The position numbers were made by a program, and so were the translations under genes. The notes under the pieces were generated by a model. That model had not been told where the DNA came from. It ran no database searches and worked only from the letters and a program-made list of their open reading frames with translations. A DNA stretch of 47,730 bases, filler included, from Sphacelaria rigidula (taxonomy: Eukaryota), in NCBI GenBank assembly GCA_964200075.2. It is 2 parts of 2 records of this genome, joined end to end, with 100 filler letters (N's around TTAATTAATTAA, not from the genome) between each part and the next. Parts side by side here need not be neighbours in the genome. Positions count along the whole stretch, not along the records: positions 23,921 to 47,730 come from CAXNAA020000246.1; 1 more part is not named here. One strand, 5' to 3'. Positions within the stretch are counted from its first letter, which is position 1; each line of letters begins with the position of its first letter. Shown piece after piece: positions 47,206 through 47,730 of the stretch.

Positions 47206-47730
47206 ACTAGTGCAGCACCATCACTTTGCGGCCGCGGCACAACTGACTGTAACCGTAAATGCGATTTCAGCCGTTTTTTCCCCCCTAATTCCGCCGCACA
47301 TGCCACCTTCAACTCTCTATACTTCGCAGCTGACTGTAGTTTGGTATTTCCTTTGATGGGAACTTGTCAGATCAAAGTGCAACGTGAAGTGAGAGACGCG
47401 CGTTGATTTGCAGATTACCGCGATGTGTCATAATAGCCCAGTCTTACGCCAAAAGAAGATAAAATATCGGAACAGAATCCGACATATTTTCGCCCCAATA
47501 TGCACGCATACATCGCGCAACCCCAGATTCAGCAAGATAGGGTTGTTGTCTGTAGTCTACATGACATGTGGTCGAAGTTTCAGCACGTAAAAGCACCAAC
47601 AGCGCTTGCACGGCCGTGCCTCCTGAAGTGAGCACCTCTGTAGGCGATACCAAGACGGGTACCGCGTAGAATGATATCATCCAGAGTGTGCCCAATACGG
47701 GTCGATGTTTGTTTGCCGGGGCAGGAGCCA

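Overview
Intron-rich eukaryotic nuclear DNA, most likely from a brown alga or another photosynthetic stramenopile. This is inferred from bipartite plastid-targeting peptides, a stramenopile-like uL22, and GC-rich exons separated by long repeat-filled introns. Most ORFs in the supplied track are spurious. By reading splice sites I could rebuild six genes arranged as three head-to-head pairs. Pair 1: RPL17/uL22 (minus, 8 coding exons, 6037-15758) and a small ZNF706/At2g23090-like zinc-finger gene (plus, first exon 16635-16757). Pair 2: a large acidic DEK-C-domain nuclear protein (minus, 24455-30102) and a plastid-targeted two-helix membrane protein (plus, 30536-36850). Pair 3: a conserved coiled-coil protein of unknown function (minus, 38070-43376) and a plastid-targeted protein whose first exon is 43654-44320. 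Introns carry four copies of a tRNA-derived SINE, a TTA-flanked PIF/Harbinger-type non-autonomous element, TA-flanked Tc1/mariner-type MITEs, several long hairpins and local duplications. There are three assembly gaps, one holding an artificial TTAATTAATTAA linker. The most unusual feature is a ~25-aa insertion in uL22 that straddles an intron, where an alternative in-frame GC-AG splice could remove 19 codons. I found no convincing novel multi-gene system, CRISPR array, intact transposase or viral insert.
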